From: a virus
Taxonomy: Duplodnaviria > Caudoviricetes
Length of the DNA stretch: 64,000 bases
Reading direction: 5' to 3' (one strand)
Virus record (IMG/VR): IMGVR_UViG_3300032038_000003
Location: 128,001 to 192,000 of that record
Made by a program: the position numbers and the translations under genes. Below, piece by piece: positions 11,801 to 22,000 of this stretch (its first letter is position 1; each line of letters opens with the position of its first letter). The notes under the pieces are model-generated. The model worked only from the letters and a program-made list of their open reading frames with translations, was not told the origin of the DNA and made no database searches.

Positions 11801-14800
11801 TTCATCTCCATAGCGGTAGTCTTTAATAGAATCCTTTAATGATTTCGCAAAAATATTTTTATTATGTAAATTCATATTTTCGAACTGTGTTTTCATTAAA
11901 TTATATTCAGATTCTTTATTAGCATTTTTAGCAAGTAATCCACCATTACCTAAGAATTTAATGAATTCCCGATCGCCATCAAAGTCCAGATTTTGGAGTA
12001 TAGAAAACTGAGGACCAAGAAATCTTACTTCATGTCCTTGCATTAAATCATCGAGATATATTCTTACTGGTAACACACCAGTTTCGTTAAAGAACGGATA
12101 ACGACCAGTGAGTCCAAGGATACCTACTTCTCTGGCATATCTATCTCCAACATTTTCAAATAACGAATTTATTTGCATCAAAAATGTTCTTTGATCTTCT
12201 GATGTAATACTTTTATTTAAACCATTAATACCATCGTCGAGATTAGATAATGCAAATAAATCATTAATATAAGAATTAGTTCTTTGATTAAATGTCTTTA
12301 CAGCCGTTTTTTGCTTAGTAAAATAATCTCCATGACTACTCAATATTTTGTCTATAGCATAAGCTGTATTATTTGCCCATTCTTGATGATTAGTACCATC
12401 GAATGTGGTTCGTAACTGTTGTAATGCATCATACAATTCTTGATTAGTAATATTGAATTTAGAAGCTTCGTATTGTATGCCCTTAGATAAATCATATGTG
12501 ACATTTCCAGGTGTATCTTGATAATGAAATCTGCTGATATCATCATAATGAGTTAATCCAGCACTATCACCACTGAAATAATCTTGTACTATTTGCCATC
12601 CTATATGACCAGTATCCATTTCTGTATCTTTAAACATTTGTTTACTGGTCGTAATAGCACTTTCAATAACGTCACCAATTAATACGCCATTATCATCATA
12701 ATGTCTTAAGTATTGAGCATATTTTTCATTACCAGATGTAATATTCAATAAAGAAACAACATCTGTTTTTTCATTTTTAATTTTTGCAACTCTTTCATTA
12801 AGTAAGTTTTTTCTTTTTTGATATGCTGCTGCAAGACTTTGTAATGATTTACTATTGTAACTACCAGTTTGTTCAAGTGATTTAGATAATGAATATTCTA
12901 AATTACGTATATTAGCTATATCATCAGAAGACATAGGTAAAGTAGGCACAATAGCATCTTTTGCTAAAGCACCATATGAATTAGGCATATTCATTTTGTA
13001 TAATGCTTTTGTTAATAAAGAATTCTTATCAGCAGCATTAAGTTCTTTACCGTACGCCTGAAATAAGTCTTGTAATGCACTACTAATTTTATCAGCGTTT
13101 TTAGAACCATTTACATCTAACTCTTTAAGTGTTCTAAAGAATTTTATAGTTGCTTGAGTAGACTTACCAAGGAACATATCTTCATCAGTAGTTCTTAAAT
13201 ACTGATACGGTAATACAATACCAGTCATTTTTCTGTTATTGAACTTGAATTCGCCATATTTTAATAAGTCTAAATAAAAACTATTGCTTTTATATTCTAA
13301 GCGAACACTATTATTGCCAAGTCCAGCTAATGATTGAATATAAGGAGTGTCTTTACCATCTACCCTAAAGATAAAGTTAGCGTATGCTTCTGTCCCAGCT
13401 CCTTTATGTATTCTTGATAATAAGTCTTGAGCGTCTACTTTAATGATATTTTTAGCGTTAATATCGAATTTACCATTGATGTAATCTATAGCATCAAATG
13501 TACCAGATACCATTCTTGATTCAAATTCTGGAGATAAAGTACCTCTTCTTGAACGTACAATATCAGACCATGTACGGTCTATATTTTTTAAACCAACACC
13601 AGCAATTGTTTTATCATATGTTCCATTTTGAATACTGCTTCTAATATGTTCTGCAAGTTTAGCACCATTACCATTAACATAATCACCAGTATCTTGCATT
13701 ACAAGAGCTTGATACAATCTTTGGTCCATTTTAAATGCTTGACCTTCAAATGTATTCATTTGCTGTCTTTGAATAGACTGTAATGCAATATTGTTCTGTT
13801 CAAAATAATCAATTGTTTTAATAGCTTCTTGTGCAATAGCATTATTACTTTTTCTTAACGAATTAACTAAAGCATCAAGTCGATTAATAGATTCATTATC
13901 CATTGGATTATCGAACATTATTGCTCCAGAAATTTCATCATAAGAAAGATGATCTCTTAATTCTTGATTGATTATTTTATAAAATTCGCTCTTTTCAAAG
14001 CCGTTTTTCTGAATATCATCTTTAAATGTTGAGGCAATAATATTCCATCTTGAATCAATAGATGTATCGCTTAAGTGTTTAAAAATATTATTATCAAAGA
14101 TAGCAACCGTCTTGAATTTTGTTTCATTTGGTGCAATTGCATCCATTACTAAATCTGTATATCTATTAAGTAGCCTAACGTCTTCTTTAAAATCGCCAGT
14201 TGTTTTAAGTCCAACAGACTCTAACGTTTGTTGTATTTCTTTTACTCTTTCGTTAGCATCCATAGACATATAATAAGAAAATGTTTCTGCTGTAGCTTTT
14301 TCTTCGCCAGCCATTATCTTAGTTCCTTCTAATTGACGTTCTACTATAGCTTGTGTTTTACCAGTGCTCATTAATTCAACGGCATTCTTTTGTGTAAATT
14401 CAGGAACAGTTTGGCCTTTATAAATAATATCTGTAAATTTACCATTACGGTTCAATTTTCTACCAATGACAGTACCGTTTTCTAATTTGTTGCCAATCAA
14501 TTGATTTAATACATTAGCAGTTTCTTGTTGTTCTGTTTCAGTACCAATTTCAAAGATAGACTTAATTTGAGGAGAACGAATATTTTTTGGATCTCCAAGA
14601 ACAAAGAATTCTTGGTTGGCTATTGAAGGTCTAATATATGCCTTGCCCTCGTATGTATTAATATCGTTTACCATACGGCGGTAAACTTTTATTGCCGCTT
14701 CTTCATCTAAATCACCAAGATTACGTTTAATATACTCTATGGCTTTAGATTCATTAGCACGAATCTCTGCATCACTAATAGACTGCACAGCACCAATAAT

Positions 14801-17800
14801 ATTTCTACGGGAAATATTTTGTGCGGTTACAGCCTCTCCAGCTTCCTTTAAGACTTGTGTATCCATCATTCTTATACTATCAACTTCTTGTTTGGTAGTA
14901 TAAACATCACCAAAGTTAATACCAAGTCTTGTTTGTAAATAATCTGTGTCTGTAAAAAAATGTTCATCTAAGCGATAAGAACGATAGTTTCCTCTCTGCG
15001 TATATGTAGGACGGATAATTCCAGATGATCCAGAGTTATTCATCATACCAGGATTCCAATTATCTATATGCATCATCATTTTATGAGCAAATGATTCAGA
15101 ACCAACGGCATCTAATCCAGCTTCATAAGCAAGTAAATGTAATGCATTACTTAAGTCTTTAGAAATAATATTATTGTCTTCTGATGCTTTAGATAATATC
15201 TGTAAGAAGCTATCACCTTGTAATGCTTTAATGGCATTTATTTCAACATCTTGTAATCCATGTGTATTTGTGCCATTAATAATACCTTCTATAATATTTC
15301 TATCAGAACCTATACCGTCAGTTTGAGAGGTTAAATATCTTTGATAGAAATGCTTAAATGGTTCAGAATCATAGACAGAATTAATAGCAGATTGATTAAA
15401 AATCTGAGTTTTATCTTCTGCATATATTAAATTATATTCATCATTAAAGGCTTTAAAAATACCTCTTAATGCGTTTTCTGCCTGTACAGATTTTCCATTG
15501 GCAGCATTATATCCAGCATCAGAAGTAAGTTTTTTAGTTAAATCTAATAAACCAAGATTGCCTTCTCCTGGATCAAGAGCAATAGTGTGAGCGTACTCTA
15601 TATCTTTAACAGATACAGAATGACGTTTAACAAAGTTGCCATGCAAATCATAAGTACCATTCATTTGCGGAGAAGCTTCATCCGACATTCTGGCAATATT
15701 AGGATTATTAAGTAAAGAGATTGCCCTTCTGTAATCGCCAACAGAGTTTGCTTCAAGAGCAGGCTGCATTCTTTGTCTAATGCTTGTTAAATAGCTACCA
15801 CCCTGGTCTTTAATTCCCCCTTTGATAACACCATCTTTTTCATACATATTCAAGGATAATGTATCATATCTGTAAAAGTTATCACCTTGTTTAACAAGTA
15901 CCGCTCTTGCTCCATGTCCACCGCTCCACTTACCGTCAGCGTCTTTAACGCCGCCAGTTAATTTACGAATAGTATCATTTTCTTCAAGGTTAAATACTTT
16001 AAGATATGGAATTTCAAGATATGAAGCTTTACCTTCTAACGCTTCTTTAATTCGTCTATTAGATGCGTTGCTATCTAAGTTAGATAGTGTCTCGTAAACG
16101 CTACTATAATCCTTGTCTCTTGTGAAAATAGCAAACGCAGAGCCATCTTTTGTTTGTGACTTAAAGAATAAAGACCGTACTGCGTCTTGCCCGTTTTCAA
16201 GGTTTTTATTATATAAAGCTATATTTGATTTTCCTTTATAATTAGTATAATAAATAGTGCTATATTCATTAATGCTTTCATCGTCATAATTCATAGAACG
16301 CAAAACGTCTCTAATTTTAGAAAAATTATCAACGTCTCGTCCATTGACTTTAGTAATATCAAAATTATCTTTTATTAAAACAGATTTGCTTAAGCGATTA
16401 ATATTTTCTGTCGTTTTTGTTTTAACTTCATCAGATAATTTTCCAGTAACAAAAGCCATATTAGAAGTAGCACTTTCAAGCAATATACTACCTTTGTCTT
16501 TATTTTGAATAAATTGAAGTGTCTCAGGATGAATGCCATAAGTCTGGGCGACTTCATCAATAGAGAATCCGCCATCTAATAATTCTTTAACATCTCCAAC
16601 AGTTTGATATCCCAACTTACGCACAGGCACACTATTAGCACTCATATGCGTAACAATAGATTGAGCAATAGAATATGCTTGGCTGCTTGCTCCATGTGTC
16701 TTTTGAATTACAAATCCATGTGTCTTTTGAATTACAGATAAGTCTTCTGTTGTTAACAAACCGTTTTCTTTTAAGGTTTTGGCTGCACCAAGAAGTTTAT
16801 CTGCTACTTCAGATTCAGACATTCCTTTTTGACGATATGTGTTTAATAACTGTCTTGAACCTTTATTAATATCTTCTACGTTAATTCTGGCATAGCTAGA
16901 ACCGTTAGGGACCATGACAGAATTTAAGTCGTCGATTGTATATGTCTTTCCGATAAAAGGTTTTGTGCTGGTTGCGGTTTTTAAATAATCATCACGCATC
17001 GTACTAAATGCAATAGTACGAGAAAGGTTTGTATCTATTTTAGTAATTTCGCTATTTGCAAATGAAAAGAACTCTTTATTTGCATCAAACATGTTAAAAG
17101 TTTGTTGCATAATTTTACGCTCATCATATCTTCGTATGCCAGCTTGATATGCAGTAAGTGATTGAGCGACTTTAGAGTTTCTAAAATGTGATGTAATGCT
17201 ATCTATTTGATTTTTGTCTGCATAGTCAATAATATTAGTAATATTATTGCCAGTACTAATATTAGAAAGCATTCCAGCAACAGTCTTAATTTCTTTACGG
17301 TTAGTATCTAATAAATGCATAGAAGAAACAGCCTCGTCAGATAACGAAGCTAAATCTTGATACATTTTATAATAATTTTGAAAGCTGGCAAAACCACCAG
17401 CTTGTACTGTTTGACCATTACTACGATACGCAGAAACTTGTCCGACATCAAAGAAACCGTCTATGACACGCCTTGCGATATCTCTGTCATGAATGGTATT
17501 TTGTAAATCAATATTGGCTTCTGTTTGATGCACTAAAGAAGTATGGTTTGTAAGCCATGCTTTAAAATCAGCTTCTCCTTCGAATGCTTTAAATAAAGTA
17601 GCTCCTGAATTGTTAACGGATTCAAATCTTGCAAGGTATTTATTTGATGTTTTTGCAATAGTATGATCGTTCCATTCAAGACCGTCATATTGTGTAGAAC
17701 CGACACCACTGAATTTCCAATATTGATTAGATACTGAATATCCAGTAGTAGCTTGACCATCAATTACTACAACGTCTTGAGAACGAATATTACCTTTAGA

Positions 17801-19057
17801 ATTAATCTTTACATAAGAGTTATTTAAAGTAATACTGTTAGGCTTATTAGTAATTTTATTTAATAAATTTATTGCTCTTTGAACAATATTAAAGTGTGAG
17901 GTGTCATCAACAGATCCTCCAACATGATTAAATAATTGTAATGTAGCTAACGAGTCTTCATAAGCATTATGAGCAAGAGACTGCGTATATCCAATACTAC
18001 TTGTCATTGCTTCTGTAAATGCTTCAAGTGAGCCAAGTCTATTATTAGTAACACTTGGGTTTATCTGTTTTACTAATTCACCAACTGTAGCATTATTAGC
18101 ACTCGCCCATGCTCTTAATGCAAACATAGAATCTGCATATTGAAAGTTGTTTGATAAACCTTTAAAACTATGCATACTAGCATAGCGATTCATTGCATTA
18201 ACATCATATTCAAGATTCTGTCCTATAATGGCTCTATTATTTTTTTTATTTTTAGTAAATCCATTAATATAAGATATTAATTCTTCTATCTGTGTATCTC
18301 TATTAGGATTATAGTGAGAAGCCATATTTTCTATACCAGACTGTATATCTTTAATACTGTCTGGATTAGAAATATTAAGCTGATTTACAAAAGTATAAGT
18401 CTTGCCATTCCATTCTCCCTGAAAAGTTGAAAATCCATGAGATCCAAGCGTACTATGACGAGACGCTCTTTCCATAGCAGATTTTTCTGCATCTGTCAGT
18501 TTTTGACCGTTAATCTTTTTCTGCAATACATCTTCAAGCCACTTTTTCTGCTTAGAGTCTATACCAAAAAAGAAAGACCCTGGTGGATTTGTTACTGTAC
18601 GAGCATTACTATAGTTTTTGCTAATAGCCCCCTTATGATGTTCAACGGCAAAGCCTATTTCTGTAATACCAATATTTTCAACAGCTCTTCTTTCGGCTTC
18701 ATCGTTTGATAATAAATTACCAGCAAAGTCACCTATTGTTTCTGTATCGAAGGCAAGGATATTACCACCATTTTTCATGATTTTATCCAGTGCCCACCAT
18801 GCTTTTCTATTATCGTATAGATTATTTTCTGCTCTGTGTAATACAAAATTAAATGGTTCATTATCCCATTTTGCTTTACCTATATTTGTTAAACGTTGTG
18901 CTACAAATACATCACGAGCAGCCCAATAGTCTTCTGCGTCAGTTGTGCCTGTAACTTCCATAAACTTATCCATTGGCGTCCATTGAAGGTCTGGATTGTT
19001 CATAAAAGCAAATGTATTTGGTGCTGTGTAATTACTTCCAAATAATGTAATTGGCAT
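8882..19057 (-). CDS. Giant putative virion RNA polymerase (single-chain, two-barrel type) with N-terminal DEDDh exonuclease and C-terminal membrane segment
   Basis: GRYP (R2319) and NLDFDGD (aa 2356-2362, nt 11972-11992); DEDDh motifs FDTET (D104/E106), GQNLEYD (D285), HNAYED (H363/D368); hydrophobic IGGAIAGGAAVLGLVGHALF near the C-terminus. Confidence 0.75.
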   Translation of the reverse strand: MPITLFGSNYTAPNTFAFMNNPDLQWTPMDKFMEVTGTTDAEDYWAARDVFVAQRLTNIGKAKWDNEPFNFVLHRAENNLYDNRKAWWALDKIMKNGGNILAFDTETIGDFAGNLLSNDEAERRAVENIGITEIGFAVEHHKGAISKNYSNARTVTNPPGSFFFGIDSKQKKWLEDVLQKKINGQKLTDAEKSAMERASRHSTLGSHGFSTFQGEWNGKTYTFVNQLNISNPDSIKDIQSGIENMASHYNPNRDTQIEELISYINGFTKNKKNNRAIIGQNLEYDVNAMNRYASMHSFKGLSNNFQYADSMFALRAWASANNATVGELVKQINPSVTNNRLGSLEAFTEAMTSSIGYTQSLAHNAYEDSLATLQLFNHVGGSVDDTSHFNIVQRAINLLNKITNKPNSITLNNSYVKINSKGNIRSQDVVVIDGQATTGYSVSNQYWKFSGVGSTQYDGLEWNDHTIAKTSNKYLARFESVNNSGATLFKAFEGEADFKAWLTNHTSLVHQTEANIDLQNTIHDRDIARRVIDGFFDVGQVSAYRSNGQTVQAGGFASFQNYYKMYQDLASLSDEAVSSMHLLDTNRKEIKTVAGMLSNISTGNNITNIIDYADKNQIDSITSHFRNSKVAQSLTAYQAGIRRYDERKIMQQTFNMFDANKEFFSFANSEITKIDTNLSRTIAFSTMRDDYLKTATSTKPFIGKTYTIDDLNSVMVPNGSSYARINVEDINKGSRQLLNTYRQKGMSESEVADKLLGAAKTLKENGLLTTEDLSVIQKTHGFVIQKTHGASSQAYSIAQSIVTHMSANSVPVRKLGYQTVGDVKELLDGGFSIDEVAQTYGIHPETLQFIQNKDKGSILLESATSNMAFVTGKLSDEVKTKTTENINRLSKSVLIKDNFDITKVNGRDVDNFSKIRDVLRSMNYDDESINEYSTIYYTNYKGKSNIALYNKNLENGQDAVRSLFFKSQTKDGSAFAIFTRDKDYSSVYETLSNLDSNASNRRIKEALEGKASYLEIPYLKVFNLEENDTIRKLTGGVKDADGKWSGGHGARAVLVKQGDNFYRYDTLSLNMYEKDGVIKGGIKDQGGSYLTSIRQRMQPALEANSVGDYRRAISLLNNPNIARMSDEASPQMNGTYDLHGNFVKRHSVSVKDIEYAHTIALDPGEGNLGLLDLTKKLTSDAGYNAANGKSVQAENALRGIFKAFNDEYNLIYAEDKTQIFNQSAINSVYDSEPFKHFYQRYLTSQTDGIGSDRNIIEGIINGTNTHGLQDVEINAIKALQGDSFLQILSKASEDNNIISKDLSNALHLLAYEAGLDAVGSESFAHKMMMHIDNWNPGMMNNSGSSGIIRPTYTQRGNYRSYRLDEHFFTDTDYLQTRLGINFGDVYTTKQEVDSIRMMDTQVLKEAGEAVTAQNISRRNIIGAVQSISDAEIRANESKAIEYIKRNLGDLDEEAAIKVYRRMVNDINTYEGKAYIRPSIANQEFFVLGDPKNIRSPQIKSIFEIGTETEQQETANVLNQLIGNKLENGTVIGRKLNRNGKFTDIIYKGQTVPEFTQKNAVELMSTGKTQAIVERQLEGTKIMAGEEKATAETFSYYMSMDANERVKEIQQTLESVGLKTTGDFKEDVRLLNRYTDLVMDAIAPNETKFKTVAIFDNNIFKHLSDTSIDSRWNIIASTFKDDIQKNGFEKSEFYKIINQELRDHLSYDEISGAIMFDNPMDNESINRLDALVNSLRKSNNAIAQEAIKTIDYFEQNNIALQSIQRQQMNTFEGQAFKMDQRLYQALVMQDTGDYVNGNGAKLAEHIRSSIQNGTYDKTIAGVGLKNIDRTWSDIVRSRRGTLSPEFESRMVSGTFDAIDYINGKFDINAKNIIKVDAQDLLSRIHKGAGTEAYANFIFRVDGKDTPYIQSLAGLGNNSVRLEYKSNSFYLDLLKYGEFKFNNRKMTGIVLPYQYLRTTDEDMFLGKSTQATIKFFRTLKELDVNGSKNADKISSALQDLFQAYGKELNAADKNSLLTKALYKMNMPNSYGALAKDAIVPTLPMSSDDIANIRNLEYSLSKSLEQTGSYNSKSLQSLAAAYQKRKNLLNERVAKIKNEKTDVVSLLNITSGNEKYAQYLRHYDDNGVLIGDVIESAITTSKQMFKDTEMDTGHIGWQIVQDYFSGDSAGLTHYDDISRFHYQDTPGNVTYDLSKGIQYEASKFNITNQELYDALQQLRTTFDGTNHQEWANNTAYAIDKILSSHGDYFTKQKTAVKTFNQRTNSYINDLFALSNLDDGINGLNKSITSEDQRTFLMQINSLFENVGDRYAREVGILGLTGRYPFFNETGVLPVRIYLDDLMQGHEVRFLGPQFSILQNLDFDGDREFIKFLGNGGLLAKNANKESEYNLMKTQFENMNLHNKNIFAKSLKDSIKDYRYGDEASFKASLLKDLDKAAYDNAENNFMMAIKNESPEDYELLLKDDNKDIKSLLIAHSKQIREQFAQFDERVGRSINNPDMIKAAIQARIAKEYIGNYSKPNLEIRDAMTYMMSLATDKKELDSLRDIRRVLFTFENGEPGGLLTLLEQKGIDTKHVHDAATLNNSSAWRIGVAQLFANANGAEKINQDKIQEAMTDLVEGARKVFFADSSQTNSELAQEIMGKSFTEWNKSLKTALQIAEDTDDFNLLGKIYLSGLYDLSQHENAYAGYHSSFRTSYLPKLLSGVQDLDSDGLNELIKGNFTLDMPVRKMLKAGMSKTDDALNIFGRALRNGDILTYAGKNGPIGLVFKGFVQDKENGPIKVNLSEFDFLTGQEGKAISQIDPKWNPVTIRQLNENIKKYKGRNLLNVTDIDTPEWNLNIRNITTGNLPQVQKHIGALTIENNLQWLFDNVNDASFEARFNESINASTIIQGYNPHIKLGTTLANIVGTDSVALKRRITDINERLQFGIENGMIEGSKDAKELIRSINKQIAANPNKNKNRITGNTAEETITEYLRDSNIKIKNNEFLVRDLNEVKLSNKISSEIENLIATRTENVNKIAKDFYDSITNTDTSEVTAFDNAKKLYQTEVDNTTKDIFKSLSQAKNAEEEMIYRFGWDKFARNDDFILSLNNVKIKDVLDTRISNARIGYGQFTGTRILDLSGNQIHSIRTEIDDALNTLATDSLEYKAALNTKEILSVVNRNTNATTIGLDFTNADTLRESYKAVFNPDALNNLSKTFTEEAASQAKENAAKAAREASEGIQKKTLLKEIGESFKNISPETGKRLKIGGAIAGGAAVLGLVGHALFTKQDNDSVEVPDSVERQLTSQDVKGVKINNKNGLQYRNQASDAQTTQRSHKKIAPPSIPSALKNKTIYHDAASGFNFKVSAQSYNKLQAQSYQRMMNQSGVNNGQVNITRDNSKITDNWLENKFAQLTE

Positions 19058-19068
19058 GTAAATCTCTC

Positions 19069-22000
19069 CTAACTATAATTAAGATTCTTAATCTGGTAAT
19101 CTACTTCTGATCTGGTATCCTGTCTAATATTAAAGTCAGATGAATCACCATTTATACCATTCATATAAGAGACTTGGACACTATTTAAACCGTTACTGCC
19201 TAATATTCTGGTTAATTGTGCCTGTACTCTTCTTGGGTCATTACGAGTTCTTATTTTTGGAATAGGGATATTAACTTGGTCAGCTTTCCGTTTGTTATCA
19301 GTCCAGATATCAAATTCACCAGGATCTAATCCGTTAGCATTGACCATCTTAATCTTAACATCTTCAAGATCTGTATCTTCTTGCCATCCTACCCAATTTT
19401 CATCTGGTAATGCATGATTTTTAAAGTATTCTGTAAGCTCTGGTTTTTCGTCAACATGCATACCCCAAGAAGCTTGTAATGCCCGTCGTAAATAACTTGG
19501 AGCTATTCTAAGTATCTTTTGCTTTTCTTCTTCTGGTGCTTCTACTAACTTAGAATAATATTGTCTTTCTTTCTTAGGTAAAGCAGCCATTATATTTCTT
19601 ACATCGTCACCAGGATCATATCCGTACATAGTACGTTCTGCGGCCTGTTTATAAGAAATAGCTTTAATAGCATTTAATGGCAATTTTTCTACTTTTCTGT
19701 CATTAGATATCTCAGCAAGTTCTTTATTAATAGCTCTTACAACTTCTTTTTTGGATTGCCCTTTTTCTTCATATTTAGGCTCTCCATACTTAAAATTATA
19801 ATTACCACGATGCTTGAAATCAAGTTTAACAAGGCGTTTGTAGTTGTTTAATTCTTGCTGTCTAGCCTTATTATCTTCGCCTTTTTGCTCTTGTTTTTCG
19901 ATATATGCATCAACATCAAAGTGATCTTTCTTTTTAGCGAGTTCCTTATATTGATTGTAAAGTTTAGTGTTTTTAACATATTTAAGGGTATCAATATAAG
20001 TATTCATTTCTTCTTGCTGTCTACGTCTCTTAGGTCTCCATTCACGATCCTTATTAGAACCAAGATGATGTATAGTAGTTCCTATAGCTGGCACAGCAGC
20101 ACCAAATATGGTAGCGATCATTTTACCGTATGGGCCTTTACCCATCATGCTACCAAGAAATGCACCGCCAACAATAGCACCAATTGGATGTTGAGAAGAC
20201 AAGTCTTCTACAGTAGGAACTACGAAATCTCTAATAGGGTGATTCCAAGATTTGAAATCTTTATTATACACTTCACGTTTACGGTATTGTTCATAAGGAC
20301 TTCTAATCTGGAAGAACTTATCACCTATAAACGGTAATTTAGATGCACTATGAGTTAAGGTCTCCATCATAGAACCAAAAGCTATATCTCCTTTGGAATA
20401 TCTTGCATGGATTCCAGCTGGAGAATCATCGGTTTCTTTCTCTTTAGCAAGACCTTTATCAAGCATACGTCTATTAAGATTAGTACCTTTTGCATTAACG
20501 ATAGCCCTAATTGACTGTGTAGAGTCTTTATTATATTTGTTACGTTCATCAGCATCATATTGAATGGTAATACGTTGACCAGGCTTGAGATACTTTCTCA
20601 ATTCGTCATTTGCAGCTTGGTTCATTGTTTTACCAGTTCTAACTGTACGCTCTCTACCAGTAGCCTTATTAATTTCTTTCTTTTCTTTAACGGTAGGCTT
20701 ATATAACGTACTATTGGACTCTGAAACATTAATGCCAGCAAATTTAATAGCGTGTTCTTTACCATATTCGTTAACAATAATGGTATTATTATCTATTATC
20801 TCTTTAACGGTAACCTTTTCTGATTTTAAGTTTGCTGTCTTAAACTTATAATCATATACTCTTAAAGGTTCTTTTTGCTCCTGCATACGCTCACGAGCAG
20901 CTTTGACTTCTTTCTTTTCTGCTTCTGATAAATGAGCATGAGAAACTTGAGCAGATATATCTTTAAACTCTTGAGAGTACGGAGCAGTATCTGCGAGTAT
21001 TTTGTATTTCTCTACAAGAGAATATAAATCTCCTCTTGAGATTTCGCCTGTCTGTAAACCAGTATATATATCTTTCTTGGCATCATTAAGATTTTGGATA
21101 CTTGAGCGTAAATCTTTTTTATTAAATCTTACTCTTGCTTTATATATATCATCTGGGTTTTCTTTATCATAATAATAAACATAACCTCTGCCCTTGGTAT
21201 TATTTAAAGCATATAAATCATAATTCATTTCGTAATAATCTTGATTACGAATATTATGACCTTGCTGGAGTCTTTTGAATTCGTCAGAACTTACGCCTCG
21301 AATATTAATCAAAGACTCTCCAGTGCGTGAATGATAATCTTTTATTCTTGCATCTACAAGACCAGATATATCATGCTGAGCGTCATTAAATTTAATTCTT
21401 GAACCCAATAAAACATCTGCATCTCTAAAATGGTCTAATATTTTAGAGACAAACTCTTCTACTTGATTAAGATTTTGGATATCATATTGGTCGTTAGTAA
21501 TTTCTTTAGGACGCTTATCACGTTTTAATGATTTGATATCTTCTTCTTGCTGATACGTTAAGTTAGTATCTTGATGCAAGAAATGTCTTACATGTGCAGA
21601 ACGTGAGTTGCCAATCATGCTGGCACTAATATTAAAGCTGAAATCTATATTGTTTAATCGCTCATATCCTTCACCTGGGAGCCTCTCTTCGCCATTCATG
21701 ATTTTAGAATAAGGATCGCCGTGTAAATAATCAGTAAAGTAATTAGATCCTGGCATCCAAGTAGGCATAGTATTCCTGATAGGATTTAAAAACTTTGTAT
21801 CGTTATCTCTTTTATGAATGAAACGACGAGAGATTTCCGAAAGTTCTCCGCCTAAACCACCAAGGTTCTGATTCCAAAATGATCTGTTCGCAGAATAAGC
21901 ATAACTTGATGTCTCTACTTTAGTAGAGCCAATGTTCTGCTCGCCAGTAAACATAGATTGAATCAAGAAACCTTTTAAACCATAGATATTAGCAATATCG

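Noticed and set aside
19058-19071. Readthrough fusion of the 2154-aa and 3391-aa genes into one tape-measure-RNAP polyprotein
   Set aside because: The two ORFs are in different frames, the second has its own AGGAGAG RBS, and no slippery site is evident.
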